NCBI GenBank assembly: GCA_018675335.1
Contig: JABGYH010000006.1
Location: 17,464 to 81,463, forward strand
Source: Candidatus Woesearchaeota archaeon
GTDB lineage: Archaea > Nanobdellota > Nanobdellia > Woesearchaeales > UBA11576
DNA: 64,000 bases
Reading direction: 5' to 3'
The notes under the pieces are model-generated. The model worked only from the letters and a program-made list of their open reading frames with translations, was not told where the DNA came from and made no database searches. Both the position numbers and the translations under genes were made by a program. Shown one piece after another: positions 1-9,875 of the stretch (positions within the stretch are counted from its first letter, which is position 1; every line of letters starts with the position of its first letter).

Positions 1-229
1 TACGAGTCTATCACTACTAGTAGCTCTACTACTACGAGTCATCTCGACTGAATAAATACCCCCTTAATATTTATAAATACAAAATATTTTAATATATAAA
101 GGTTTTGGTTAAATTATTAAAAAAGAAATATGACTCGCACAATAATAAACACATAAAAAAACATAAAAAATCATTCAATTTTTGAAAACAAATACGGGAA
201 ATAACCATCTCAAACATAATTTAAAAAAA

Positions 230-2758
230 TTAATTAAATACATTATCAGTAATTACATAATCAACTCCTGAAAATATGAGATCTAGAGTAGTATTAATAT
301 TATTTGACGTATATGTGTGAATTTTAAATCCTTCGTTTTTCAAAATTTTAATAAGTTCAGGATTTAAATTTAAATAATTAAAATCAAATCCCAAAATTCC
401 CAAATTCTTAAGCTGTTTAAGTTTAAACTTATTTAAGTCAAATCTTATATTTTCATTCCAATAAATAAGTTTTATATCTGAATTTAATTCATGAACTTTC
501 AATAAATAATCAAGATTAGTAGATTCTAAAAATATTTTATCAGAAAGCCCATTAATTTCAATTAAGTGTACTAATTTTTTTAAAAAAGTAAGAGGTTGAC
601 AACCAAAATCTTTCAAATCTAAATGATAATTAAGTTTCCTACCCATTTTAATAAATACTTCCTCAAGAAGAGGAATTGACTGATTAGAAATAGTTCCATC
701 AAGATTTTTTATTTTAATTTTTTTCAAATTACTCAAATTCAAATCACAAACATTTCCAGCACTATTTGTCTTATCTTGTAATAAATAATCATGAAATAAA
801 ATTATAGTTCCATCCTGTAAAGAAGTAATATCAATTTCAACATTAATAAATCCACGCTCAAATGCTTTTTCTATTGCAAGTAACGAATTTTCGGGATACA
901 ATGATAATAAACCCCTATGACCAAACAATTTATTTAATAATAACAAATTTTTAAATCGTTTACAAAGATTAGTTTTTAAAAATAAATTTATATTTGATTT
1001 TTTTACCAATACAGGGTTAGATTCTGAAGGATCTTGACGCAAATCAAAAACTAATTCGAGTTTATTTTCAAAACTATAAACTTTTTTAATAGTGTTGTTT
1101 TGATTTATCACCATAAATCCCCCTCCATAAGGTTGCATCAAAACTTGACAAGACTCATATTGATCACTAAACATACTATGATTTTTTTTAATTAAAAAAG
1201 AAAATGAATTAGAAAAATAATTATCACTTAATAAACTTAAAATTGTTGGAATAATATCTAATTGACTATATTTATCAGTTATAATCCTATTTTTAAAAAA
1301 AGTTTCATTTTTTGATTTTGGAGGAACTAATAAAAAACTTGTAACAAACGAATCTTCATAAAAAGAAATTTCATTACTATAAATATTGTGTCGCCCAATA
1401 GGAAATGAATGATCTCCAAATATCATTAAATAACTATTATTTTCATATCTCATAAATCGTTTTTTAAAAACATTCAAATGATTATCTTGAACGACTAACG
1501 AATTAATATATTCTTCATACTTATTTTGTGCAGGATTGAATTTATAAACTGAAGAATATTCAGCTATATTCTTAAACGGGTAATGATGTTCATCTAAAGC
1601 CACATAAACAAATAATTTTTGACCTTCAATATAATTTTGTTCCAAATAATCAAATAATTTATCATATACTACATCATCCGGATATCCCCACTCAGTATTT
1701 TTTTCTTGCCCAGTTAAAAATTTGTCAAACAAAACATAATCAAACCCTATTTTTTTCATAAAAATTCCCGTTTTTTGAAAATTTAAATCATCTGCACTAA
1801 AAAAATAAGTAGTATAACCTGCATCCTTCAATATTTGAGGCAAACAAATTTTATTAAATTCAGATAATCTATCAACATAAAATGCGGCATTATTACTATA
1901 AATTCCACAAAGTATATTTTCTTGAGCACGTAACGTTTGAATACTATTGCTATAAAATTGAGGAAAAAATACTCCTTCTTTTGAAATATTAGTCATAACA
2001 GGAACATAATTTCCCACATATGTTTTATCAAACATGGTAACATTAGGCATGATATCCAACCCGTTAAGAGATTCTAATTGCACAAAAAAAATATGTTCAT
2101 TATGTTTTTGAGAAAAATTAAAATTACCAAAAACCTCCAAGTAATTTAAATTATATAATTCTTCTTTATTGGCTAAATTTTGCAAATAATCTCTACTAGA
2201 AACCACCAAAGGAACTGGGAAAAAAAAGATTGAACTTATTAAATTTACAAAAATTAAAAAAACAAATAAAATTATAATTAAATTTTTCTTTTTAAATATC
2301 TGAATCAAATATTTTTCTTTTAACAAATTTTTAATAAGTTTAATTCCTGATCGAAAAGTAAAATAAATTAAAAAAAATAATCCTAAAATAAAAATAATCA
2401 AATATGAAGTACCAACAGTATTTTTTAATGTTAACAGTGAATAAAAACCACTATCAAAAACAAAAGATAAGTCAATTAAATTCCCCGTATATAAATAATA
2501 AAAAAGAAATAATATTGACAGTACCCAATATGACAAATATAATCCCCATAAAAAAAAAGTTAAAAATTTAAATTTAGTTCCAAACAACAAACAACTTAGT
2601 AAAATAAATATAAATAAAAAAAGATGAAACAAAGTTGATAAAAATATATCTAAAATTATAAATTCCAACATATTTTGTATTAGTGGTAAAAAAACAAACA
2701 ATATAATTAACGGAAATAACTCCCCCCAATTATGTTTTAACATTTGCATAAATTTCAT
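230..2758 (-). CDS. LTA synthase (LtaS)/sulfatase-family membrane protein fused to a C-terminal glycerophosphodiester phosphodiesterase (GDPD) domain
   Basis: N-terminal TM helices; alkaline-phosphatase-superfamily motifs QLES, catalytic Thr in SIQTLRAQ, HHYPF, FGDH; C-terminal GDPD motifs GHRG..PENS, EIDI, FHD, GVDYVITD. Confidence 0.85.
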   Translation of the reverse strand: MKFMQMLKHNWGELFPLIILFVFLPLIQNMLEFIILDIFLSTLFHLFLFIFILLSCLLFGTKFKFLTFFLWGLYLSYWVLSILFLFYYLYTGNLIDLSFVFDSGFYSLLTLKNTVGTSYLIIFILGLFFLIYFTFRSGIKLIKNLLKEKYLIQIFKKKNLIIILFVFLIFVNLISSIFFFPVPLVVSSRDYLQNLANKEELYNLNYLEVFGNFNFSQKHNEHIFFVQLESLNGLDIMPNVTMFDKTYVGNYVPVMTNISKEGVFFPQFYSNSIQTLRAQENILCGIYSNNAAFYVDRLSEFNKICLPQILKDAGYTTYFFSADDLNFQKTGIFMKKIGFDYVLFDKFLTGQEKNTEWGYPDDVVYDKLFDYLEQNYIEGQKLFVYVALDEHHYPFKNIAEYSSVYKFNPAQNKYEEYINSLVVQDNHLNVFKKRFMRYENNSYLMIFGDHSFPIGRHNIYSNEISFYEDSFVTSFLLVPPKSKNETFFKNRIITDKYSQLDIIPTILSLLSDNYFSNSFSFLIKKNHSMFSDQYESCQVLMQPYGGGFMVINQNNTIKKVYSFENKLELVFDLRQDPSESNPVLVKKSNINLFLKTNLCKRFKNLLLLNKLFGHRGLLSLYPENSLLAIEKAFERGFINVEIDITSLQDGTIILFHDYLLQDKTNSAGNVCDLNLSNLKKIKIKNLDGTISNQSIPLLEEVFIKMGRKLNYHLDLKDFGCQPLTFLKKLVHLIEINGLSDKIFLESTNLDYLLKVHELNSDIKLIYWNENIRFDLNKFKLKQLKNLGILGFDFNYLNLNPELIKILKNEGFKIHTYTSNNINTTLDLIFSGVDYVITDNVFN

Positions 2759-5025
2759 TTTTTAATCAATTCACCAAGTTTTTTTCTAAAAATAAATACC
2801 AAAATAAACGAAAATAAACTAAAAAAAAACAATCCAATTCTTAATGCTCTTAATTTATATTCAAAATAAACTTTGTAAACTCCTGGAGTGTCAACTTTTA
2901 CAGACATAAAACTTGGACTAATTTCGTAAATTTCAGATTCAGTTCCATTAACATACGCGCGCCATTCAGGATGCGCACTAACTTTTAACATAATAAAACA
3001 ACTAGAATCAGTTACATTAACTAAAGTTTCATAATATCCTCGCCTAACAACTTCAGTTCCACCAATAACAGATCCACAATTTTTAGGAACTGATTTAAAT
3101 GTTTGAAAAAAATGGAGTGCATCTACTGTTGTTAATTCATGTGTTTTTAAATTTTTAACATCAATATTAAAACTATTATCAGTTATAACAACTCGTTTTC
3201 TATCCTCACTTAACAATGATTGATAATTTTTCATCAAAACAGATCGTTCAGGGGGAATAATTAAAAAGTTCAAATCAATATGTTCAGTTATACTAGTTAA
3301 TTCATTCAACAAACGAGGTTTTAAAATTAGGATATGTTCATTAGTCGAAGGAAGTACACTAAAATACCACATAAGAAAAATAGGCCTGGAATCACCTAAA
3401 GAAGAATCAATCGCAATAGAACTTTGAACTAAATCAAAATAAGAAGAAGACGTTTTATTAAAAATAACATAGTTTTTATTTTTAAAATAAAAATCAGTCA
3501 AATTAGTTCTATTAGAATTTGAAATAAAATAGCCTAAATTAAATAAATTATACAGATCAGTTTTATTTGAGAATGAAATAAATGGTTTATTCACATAAAA
3601 AATACTCAAAGAATCATGTCCTCCTATTCCACCACTAAAAAAAGACGGTTTATTAGAATAAATTGGAATGCTATTAGGAATCATAGAATATGAACTAAAA
3701 TTTTCAAAAATTACTCGAGAATTAGGCATTAAATTTAACTCATTCATGATTTGATTAAGATCCGGTTCAGACCCCACATCATGAAAAGTAACAACGTTTC
3801 CCACATAATTAGCAGATGTATCTATAACAACAGGTGCCAAAAAAAAAACACAAACTAATAATACAATCAATAAATTAATTTGTTCATACCGGTGAAGCCT
3901 AAATTTAGAAGAAATCAAATCAATCAAAAAACCAAATGCGACTCCGATAAGAATTATTGAAAAAAAATGAAGCAAACTAATAAACCTAAATAATGGAATT
4001 GCACTAACACCAGGAATAAAATTAATTAAATTTCCAAATAATGCACGACCAATTAAAAAAAAGAAAGATAAACAAAACCCTGCCAAAATAAATTTATGTC
4101 TATCTTCTTGACGAAAATGAAAAGAAATCAAAATTCCCAAAACAGCAAAAAAAGTTAAAAAAGGCAATCTCCCAAAATCTAAAAAATTACCTGAAAAAAA
4201 ATGAAAAAATGATGAAACCCCATAACCATCAATACGATCAAAAGATTTATGTGAAAATTTACCATCATTCATATAATCCCCATAAAAATATATTGGAATC
4301 AAAAGAAATGCCACAAAACAGAAAGTACAAAAAGCTAAAAAAAGAATTTTCTTTAATTTTAGTTTATTAAATTTCAAAAAAAGAGCAGGCACAGCAGTTA
4401 AAGCAGCCATAAACCCAGATAAAAAATGGGTTAAAAAAGTAAGAGATAAAAAAACAGATACTTTAAAAAAAGTAATTTCATTTTTACAATTTTTAATAAA
4501 AAAAAATCGGTAAATAAACGCAATTGTAAGTGGAAAAAAAATTAACACCATCACTTGAGAGTATATACCATATTTAAAAAAAGCTACAATCTCTAATCCA
4601 AATCCCTGATAAGAAGAAAGCATTGTTGAGACCAATGCACTAAATAATGAACTAATTTGAGAAAATTCCATCAACCTCATACTTTTATAAATAACTAAAG
4701 GGAATAACCCAAAAGATAAAAAGATCGATAACTTAAATAAAAATAACAAATCTAAATGAGTGAATACATATATTAAACCAATAAAAAAATAAGATAATGG
4801 TGCATAAAAATTAAACAAAGGAAACCCCAAATTATAATCTGGACTCCACCAATTAAGAGTATGAGTTTGAATTAAATCTACCGTATTAATAACTAAATTA
4901 AAATGACTTACTCCATCGCCCCCCGGAGGAAGCCCTCGCTGCAATAAAGGAGATAAAAAAAATAAATTAAAAAAAATAATAATTCCTAAAATAATATACA
5001 GCGATGTTTTGTGTAATTCTTTCAT
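2755..5025 (-). CDS. GT-C fold membrane glycosyltransferase (YfhO / '6-pyruvoyl-tetrahydropterin synthase-related' family)
   Basis: GGDxxxH loop and WxxxxNLGFPLFxFYAPL motif, about 12 TM segments, C-terminal HPEWRAYVNG YfhO-like motif; stop overlaps the next start. Confidence 0.75.
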   Translation of the reverse strand: MKELHKTSLYIILGIIIFFNLFFLSPLLQRGLPPGGDGVSHFNLVINTVDLIQTHTLNWWSPDYNLGFPLFNFYAPLSYFFIGLIYVFTHLDLLFLFKLSIFLSFGLFPLVIYKSMRLMEFSQISSLFSALVSTMLSSYQGFGLEIVAFFKYGIYSQVMVLIFFPLTIAFIYRFFFIKNCKNEITFFKVSVFLSLTFLTHFLSGFMAALTAVPALFLKFNKLKLKKILFLAFCTFCFVAFLLIPIYFYGDYMNDGKFSHKSFDRIDGYGVSSFFHFFSGNFLDFGRLPFLTFFAVLGILISFHFRQEDRHKFILAGFCLSFFFLIGRALFGNLINFIPGVSAIPLFRFISLLHFFSIILIGVAFGFLIDLISSKFRLHRYEQINLLIVLLVCVFFLAPVVIDTSANYVGNVVTFHDVGSEPDLNQIMNELNLMPNSRVIFENFSSYSMIPNSIPIYSNKPSFFSGGIGGHDSLSIFYVNKPFISFSNKTDLYNLFNLGYFISNSNRTNLTDFYFKNKNYVIFNKTSSSYFDLVQSSIAIDSSLGDSRPIFLMWYFSVLPSTNEHILILKPRLLNELTSITEHIDLNFLIIPPERSVLMKNYQSLLSEDRKRVVITDNSFNIDVKNLKTHELTTVDALHFFQTFKSVPKNCGSVIGGTEVVRRGYYETLVNVTDSSCFIMLKVSAHPEWRAYVNGTESEIYEISPSFMSVKVDTPGVYKVYFEYKLRALRIGLFFFSLFSFILVFIFRKKLGELIKK

Positions 5026-5098
5026 CAAAAATTTAAAAATAAAAGATATTTAAATAGTTTTAGAATCATTTAAATAGGAAAACAAGTATATCCAAATT

Positions 5099-5812
5099 AT
5101 GAAAATATCCATAGTAATTCCCGCATATAATGAAGAAAAAAGAATAGGAAATTCATTAAAAAAAATAATCAAATTTTGCAATAAAAATTTGACAGATTAT
5201 GAATTAATCATAGTGAATGACTTCTCAAAAGACAATACATTAGAAATAATAAACAAAAACAAAAACAAAAAAACAAAAGTTCTAAAAAATAAAAAAAATA
5301 AAGGAAAAGGTTATACTGTGAAAAGAGGTATTTTAAATGCAAAATACCCTCTAGTCCTATTTTCAGATAGTGATCTTGCAACACCTATTGAAGAAATTTT
5401 AAAAATGCTCAAATACATCCCAAAATATGATATTATTATTGCATCCAGAAACCTAAAAAAGTCCGATGTAAGAGTCAAACAATCTTGGTATCGTCAAATA
5501 ATGGGTAAAACATTTCCAATTATTGTTAATATGCTAGCAGTTCCAGGAATTCGTGATACTCAATGTGGATTTAAATTATTCAAAACAGATCTAGCAAAAA
5601 AAATTGTATCAAAGCAAACAATTAATAGATGGGCTTTTGATGTAGAATTATTATTTATCGCAAGAAAAATGAATCTAAAAATAAAAGAAGTCCCAATTAT
5701 TTGGATCGATAAAGAAGGAAGCACAATAACCAACCCCCTCCGAGACGCAACAAAAATGCTAAAAGATGTTATAAAAATCCAATTAAATAATTTCAAAGGA
5801 AAATATGATTAA
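5099..5812 (+). CDS. GT2 dolichyl-phosphate beta-glucosyltransferase-like (ALG5-like)
   Basis: SIVIPAYNEE, VNDFSKDNT, GKG, DSDL, DTQCGFKLF, WAFDVELL motifs. Confidence 0.88.
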   Translation: MKISIVIPAYNEEKRIGNSLKKIIKFCNKNLTDYELIIVNDFSKDNTLEIINKNKNKKTKVLKNKKNKGKGYTVKRGILNAKYPLVLFSDSDLATPIEEILKMLKYIPKYDIIIASRNLKKSDVRVKQSWYRQIMGKTFPIIVNMLAVPGIRDTQCGFKLFKTDLAKKIVSKQTINRWAFDVELLFIARKMNLKIKEVPIIWIDKEGSTITNPLRDATKMLKDVIKIQLNNFKGKYD

Positions 5813-6522
5813 AAAAATTTAAAAATAAAATAATTCCATAAATTATACAAATAAAGATAATATTCTTTAAAATTTGCTTTACTTTTTCCTTTAACGCGAT
5901 CAGTAAAAGTTATTGGTACTTCTTTAACGATTTTCCAATTTGATTTAACCAACAGCTCTAAACAAATTTTAAATCCTTTTGCATTAAATCGTTTTCCTTC
6001 TATACATTTTTTTTTAATTAAAAAAAAACCAGACATGGGATCCTTCGCTTTAGTAAATGGACGAGATAAAAATGTTGCTCCTTTTGAAACAATTCTTCGA
6101 AATAAAGGCCACCCAACAATTTTACCTCCCTTAACATACCTGCTTCCAATAACAAAATCAGGAAATCGCTTATCATATCCAACAGGAGTAATAATTGCAT
6201 TATAAAGTTGAGGAATTAATTGGGGAGGATGACTCATATCAGCATCCATAACGCCTAAAATTTCTCCTTTTGCACAATCAAATCCTGCTAATACTGCAGA
6301 ACTTAAACCAGTTTTAGCAGTTCTACTTAACAAATGAAGTTTAGAAAATTTATTTTTAAGTTTTTTAACCATTTCACTCGTTCCATCAGGAGAATTATCA
6401 TCAACAACAATAATCTCCGCAGAAATTTTATATTGACTAAATAATTCAAACAAATTTTTAATTAAAATAGAAATATTTTCTTTTTCATTATAAGTTGGAA
6501 TTATTAAACTAAGAACTACCAT
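5809..6522 (-). CDS. GT2 polyprenol-phosphate mannose synthase (DPM1-like)
   Basis: IIPTYNEKENI, VDDNSPDGT, MDADMSHPP, GSRY, DPMSGFF, EVPITFTDR..G.SK motifs. Confidence 0.9.
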   Translation of the reverse strand: MVVLSLIIPTYNEKENISILIKNLFELFSQYKISAEIIVVDDNSPDGTSEMVKKLKNKFSKLHLLSRTAKTGLSSAVLAGFDCAKGEILGVMDADMSHPPQLIPQLYNAIITPVGYDKRFPDFVIGSRYVKGGKIVGWPLFRRIVSKGATFLSRPFTKAKDPMSGFFLIKKKCIEGKRFNAKGFKICLELLVKSNWKIVKEVPITFTDRVKGKSKANFKEYYLYLYNLWNYFIFKFF

Positions 6523-8422
6523 TGTTTACTCCTCGCATCTTTTGTTTTGTTAATAAAATAAGTTTATAAACTGATTGATCGGGTTTCATTTGTAACGCAA
6601 AATTAAATGCAAATAATGCCTCCTCATATTCACCTAAATAAAAATTAGCAATTCCTAAGTTATTCCACGACTCAAATGAAGAATTATCTAATTTAATTGC
6701 TTGATGAAAAAAATATTTAGCTGAGTTATAATCACCCATTTTCAATTTGTTTATTCCTAAAAATGATTTAGAATTAGAAAAATCTCTTTTAAGAACTAAA
6801 TATACAGGATCTTTTGATTCATTATGACTTATCAAATAATTAGCACTATAATATTCATAATCTAAATCAACATTCAAAGTAGACAAATTATTAATTTGAA
6901 AAATAATGCCCCTAATAGAATAAGTTTTATTTTCAACAGATAAATTATTAAAAGTGGAAAACAAAACATAATTAGTATCTAATTTAGCAATTAAATTATT
7001 AAATATATCATCAACACTCAAATAGTTTTCATTTGATAAAATAATATTAAATTTAGATTCAAGTTGTTTTAAATAAACCTTTGATCCAAACATATTTATA
7101 TGAATGATCTCAGTATTAACAAATTTATTATCAACATACTTTAAATACCAAAAAATGGGCAAAGTTACATCACTATCGGTAAACAAAACATTTTTTTCAG
7201 ACGTAATACTATAAATAGTATTATCAACATCTAATCCATACCAATAAGGCAAATAATTATCAGATTCATTATTAATTTGAAAATTACTATAAAATTGAAA
7301 ACATATCAAACAAAAAACAATTAAAAAAATAAAACCTTTAATTAATTTATTTAACTTATAATTTAATAAAAAATAAAAGCCATAAAGTATAATAAATAAA
7401 ACAAAAAAATAAGAGCTTAAAAAAAATATATCAATTCCTTTAATTTCAGTACCTATTTTATAAGTTATATTAAATAACAAATTAACTAAAAGAACTAATA
7501 AAAAAAAAATTCCTAATTTTATATCTTTTCTTTTAAAAAATAAATAAAAAACACCTAAAAAAATAAATAAACTTAACAAACCAAATTGAAAAAACAAATC
7601 ATTTACAAAAAAGGATATATAAGACGAAACTTGAGAATAATCTGCAGACCCCATCAACGGCCTAAATTGTTTTGCAGTTACATGATCTAAAAAATTACTA
7701 AATAATTCTGGATTACCCCAATCCATTTCAGGATTCATTGAAGATCTAATTGACAAATATAAATAGGGAGTAAGGCCAATAAGAAAAATTAAAAAACAAA
7801 TAATAATTATTTTAATATTAAACATTTTTTTATTTATTTTTAAATTAAAAATATTAAATCCTTGTTTTTTAATAAATATAAAATATAAAAATCCAGGAGC
7901 AAACAAAACATAAGTAAGATGATTTGTTAAACAAAGACCGTAGGTAAAACAAAAAAAATATAACCATTTATTATCTCCTAATTTTTCAAATTTTAACAAA
8001 AAATAAAAAGATACACTCAATAAAAAAATACCTAAAGTATGAACCTCGGCAATCACTGCTTGACTCCAAAATGTTTTAGAAAAAGAAAAAAGAAAAACTG
8101 CTAATAACGAAATTAATTTATTTTTAGATAAAATTAAAGCAGATAAAAATATGAAAATAGCAGCTAAACTTCCAAAAAATGCAGACATTAAATTAATCCT
8201 AAATCCCTGAGTTCCTAAAGGAATATAAGAAAACACATGCCCTAACATAGTATGCAAAGGATATCCTGTTGGGTGCGCTATTCCCAAAGTTATTGCAGCA
8301 GTTGAAAGTTCAACTGAATCTTCCCATTCAATAATTGGATTTAAAGTAATAAAATAAATTGAAAAGGTTAAAAAAAAAACAAATACAACCATAAAATAAG
8401 TATTTAAATATTTATTAACCAT
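6509..8422 (-). CDS. DUF2723/TMEM260-like GT-C protein glycosyltransferase with C-terminal TPR repeats
   Basis: EDSVEL...LGIAHPTGYPL, FWSQA..AEV, NHLT and DWGNP motifs; multi-TM; TPR consensus (WNNLGIANFYLGEYEEA). Confidence 0.82.
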   Translation of the reverse strand: MVNKYLNTYFMVVFVFFLTFSIYFITLNPIIEWEDSVELSTAAITLGIAHPTGYPLHTMLGHVFSYIPLGTQGFRINLMSAFFGSLAAIFIFLSALILSKNKLISLLAVFLFSFSKTFWSQAVIAEVHTLGIFLLSVSFYFLLKFEKLGDNKWLYFFCFTYGLCLTNHLTYVLFAPGFLYFIFIKKQGFNIFNLKINKKMFNIKIIIICFLIFLIGLTPYLYLSIRSSMNPEMDWGNPELFSNFLDHVTAKQFRPLMGSADYSQVSSYISFFVNDLFFQFGLLSLFIFLGVFYLFFKRKDIKLGIFFLLVLLVNLLFNITYKIGTEIKGIDIFFLSSYFFVLFIILYGFYFLLNYKLNKLIKGFIFLIVFCLICFQFYSNFQINNESDNYLPYWYGLDVDNTIYSITSEKNVLFTDSDVTLPIFWYLKYVDNKFVNTEIIHINMFGSKVYLKQLESKFNIILSNENYLSVDDIFNNLIAKLDTNYVLFSTFNNLSVENKTYSIRGIIFQINNLSTLNVDLDYEYYSANYLISHNESKDPVYLVLKRDFSNSKSFLGINKLKMGDYNSAKYFFHQAIKLDNSSFESWNNLGIANFYLGEYEEALFAFNFALQMKPDQSVYKLILLTKQKMRGVNNGSS

Positions 8423-8508
8423 TTAGTTATTCAATATTAAACATTTTAAAAAGATTTAGGTAATATAATAATTATGTCTCATAACAATCAAGTAAAATAT
8501 TATAACTT

Positions 8509-9453
8509 CTAGTTATTATTTTTGTTCTTTCTAAAATATTTTGTTAACAAAAAGTAAAATACTAAGAAATATACAACAAACAGAATCCACCCAATATTAT
8601 TATGAAACAAATTTATTGCAAATTGCCTATCTATTTCAATTGCAACAATAGTTAATAAAAAAATTCTAAAAGAAGTAAGAACAAAATCACCAATTAATGC
8701 CAATCCAAATGCAGTAAATAGCTTCCAATCTTTTTTCAATTTGTCATCATATAAAAGAACTACAAGAAACAAAAATAGAAATAAAGAACTTGACTCAATA
8801 CCTGAACAATCTTTGCTTATTCCTGCTAGAAATCCTTTAGCAACTAATCCCATTCCTTGCTCATAAGGAACTACTGTCGCAATATTACCATAAACTAAAT
8901 TCAACATCCCTGCAGTTAAATTTGCAACCAAACTTGAAAAATAAACCCAATTTAAGTTCAAAAATTCTTTAATAGCAACATATATGACAATAAGAAGAAT
9001 TAGAGAAATAAATGTTTTTTTGTATTTAAAAAAAACTTTTTTGAAATAATTCAACCCAAAAATTGCGCAAAAAAAAGTAATTGTACCCAACCCATATAAA
9101 ACGGAAGATACATAAAAAATAGTCCATGCAAAATCATAATTACTTTTTGGATGAATAAAATACCTAAGTACAAAAAAAAGGAAAAATAAAATAAGCGAAC
9201 TTACTGAAAAAACAATTAGTTGAAATAAATCAGTTTTGGGTTTTAATTTCATTAATTCTTCTTCATTTAAAATAAAAAAAAGAACTAATAACACAAAAAA
9301 AAGAATATGTAATCTATGAAGAATTATATTAAATCCAATAACTAACTCAAATATATTCGCTAAAAAACTAAATAATAAAGGAAGTAACATAAAAACAGAA
9401 GTAAAAAAAATAAAATAATTAATTCTAAAAAAATTATATTTAGACAAATTCAT
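8509..9453 (-). CDS. Exosortase/archaeosortase family transpeptidase
   Basis: About 8 TM segments; catalytic triad in the expected contexts: ISKDCSGIES (Cys), SFRIFLL (Arg), LFHNNIGW (His). Start set at ATG 9453. Confidence 0.85.
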   Translation of the reverse strand: MNLSKYNFFRINYFIFFTSVFMLLPLLFSFLANIFELVIGFNIILHRLHILFFVLLVLFFILNEEELMKLKPKTDLFQLIVFSVSSLILFFLFFVLRYFIHPKSNYDFAWTIFYVSSVLYGLGTITFFCAIFGLNYFKKVFFKYKKTFISLILLIVIYVAIKEFLNLNWVYFSSLVANLTAGMLNLVYGNIATVVPYEQGMGLVAKGFLAGISKDCSGIESSSLFLFLFLVVLLYDDKLKKDWKLFTAFGLALIGDFVLTSFRIFLLTIVAIEIDRQFAINLFHNNIGWILFVVYFLVFYFLLTKYFRKNKNNN

Positions 9454-9454
9454 T

Positions 9455-9871
9455 TTATTTCCTTTCAAAAATTATTATGATTTTTCCAGAATAATAACCA
9501 TCTTCAATACCAATTGGAGGAAATACTCTAAAAAACAAAGGAAATTTTTCCAAAGGTTCTAAACTAAAAGAATTATTACGAGGAATAACTAAATCAGGAT
9601 AATCACCAACTGCATAAATTTTCACATTTACAGGCACATCATGCGAGTTTGTTACAAATACTTTCCGTTCAGAACTAGATCCTCCAGGAACCATCCCAAA
9701 ATGAATAGCGTCTGGATCAACATTAATTCCTACAATCGAACCATTAACTTTAAAATCGTATAACATAGTGCTTTTTTCAACAACTTTATAACTAGAATAC
9801 GCTAAAGAAGTTATACCAATACTAAATAATAAAACTAAAAAAAATAAAATAAAAAGAGTCATTTTTTTCAT
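9455..9871 (-). CDS. Exported/membrane-anchored single beta-sandwich protein (putative minor filament subunit)
   Basis: N-terminal hydrophobic segment; DAIHFG, VTN and terminal GYYSGKIIIIF strand, resembling the 11120-11797 protein. Confidence 0.6.
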   Translation of the reverse strand: MKKMTLFILFFLVLLFSIGITSLAYSSYKVVEKSTMLYDFKVNGSIVGINVDPDAIHFGMVPGGSSSERKVFVTNSHDVPVNVKIYAVGDYPDLVIPRNNSFSLEPLEKFPLFFRVFPPIGIEDGYYSGKIIIIFERK

Positions 9872-9875
9872 AATA

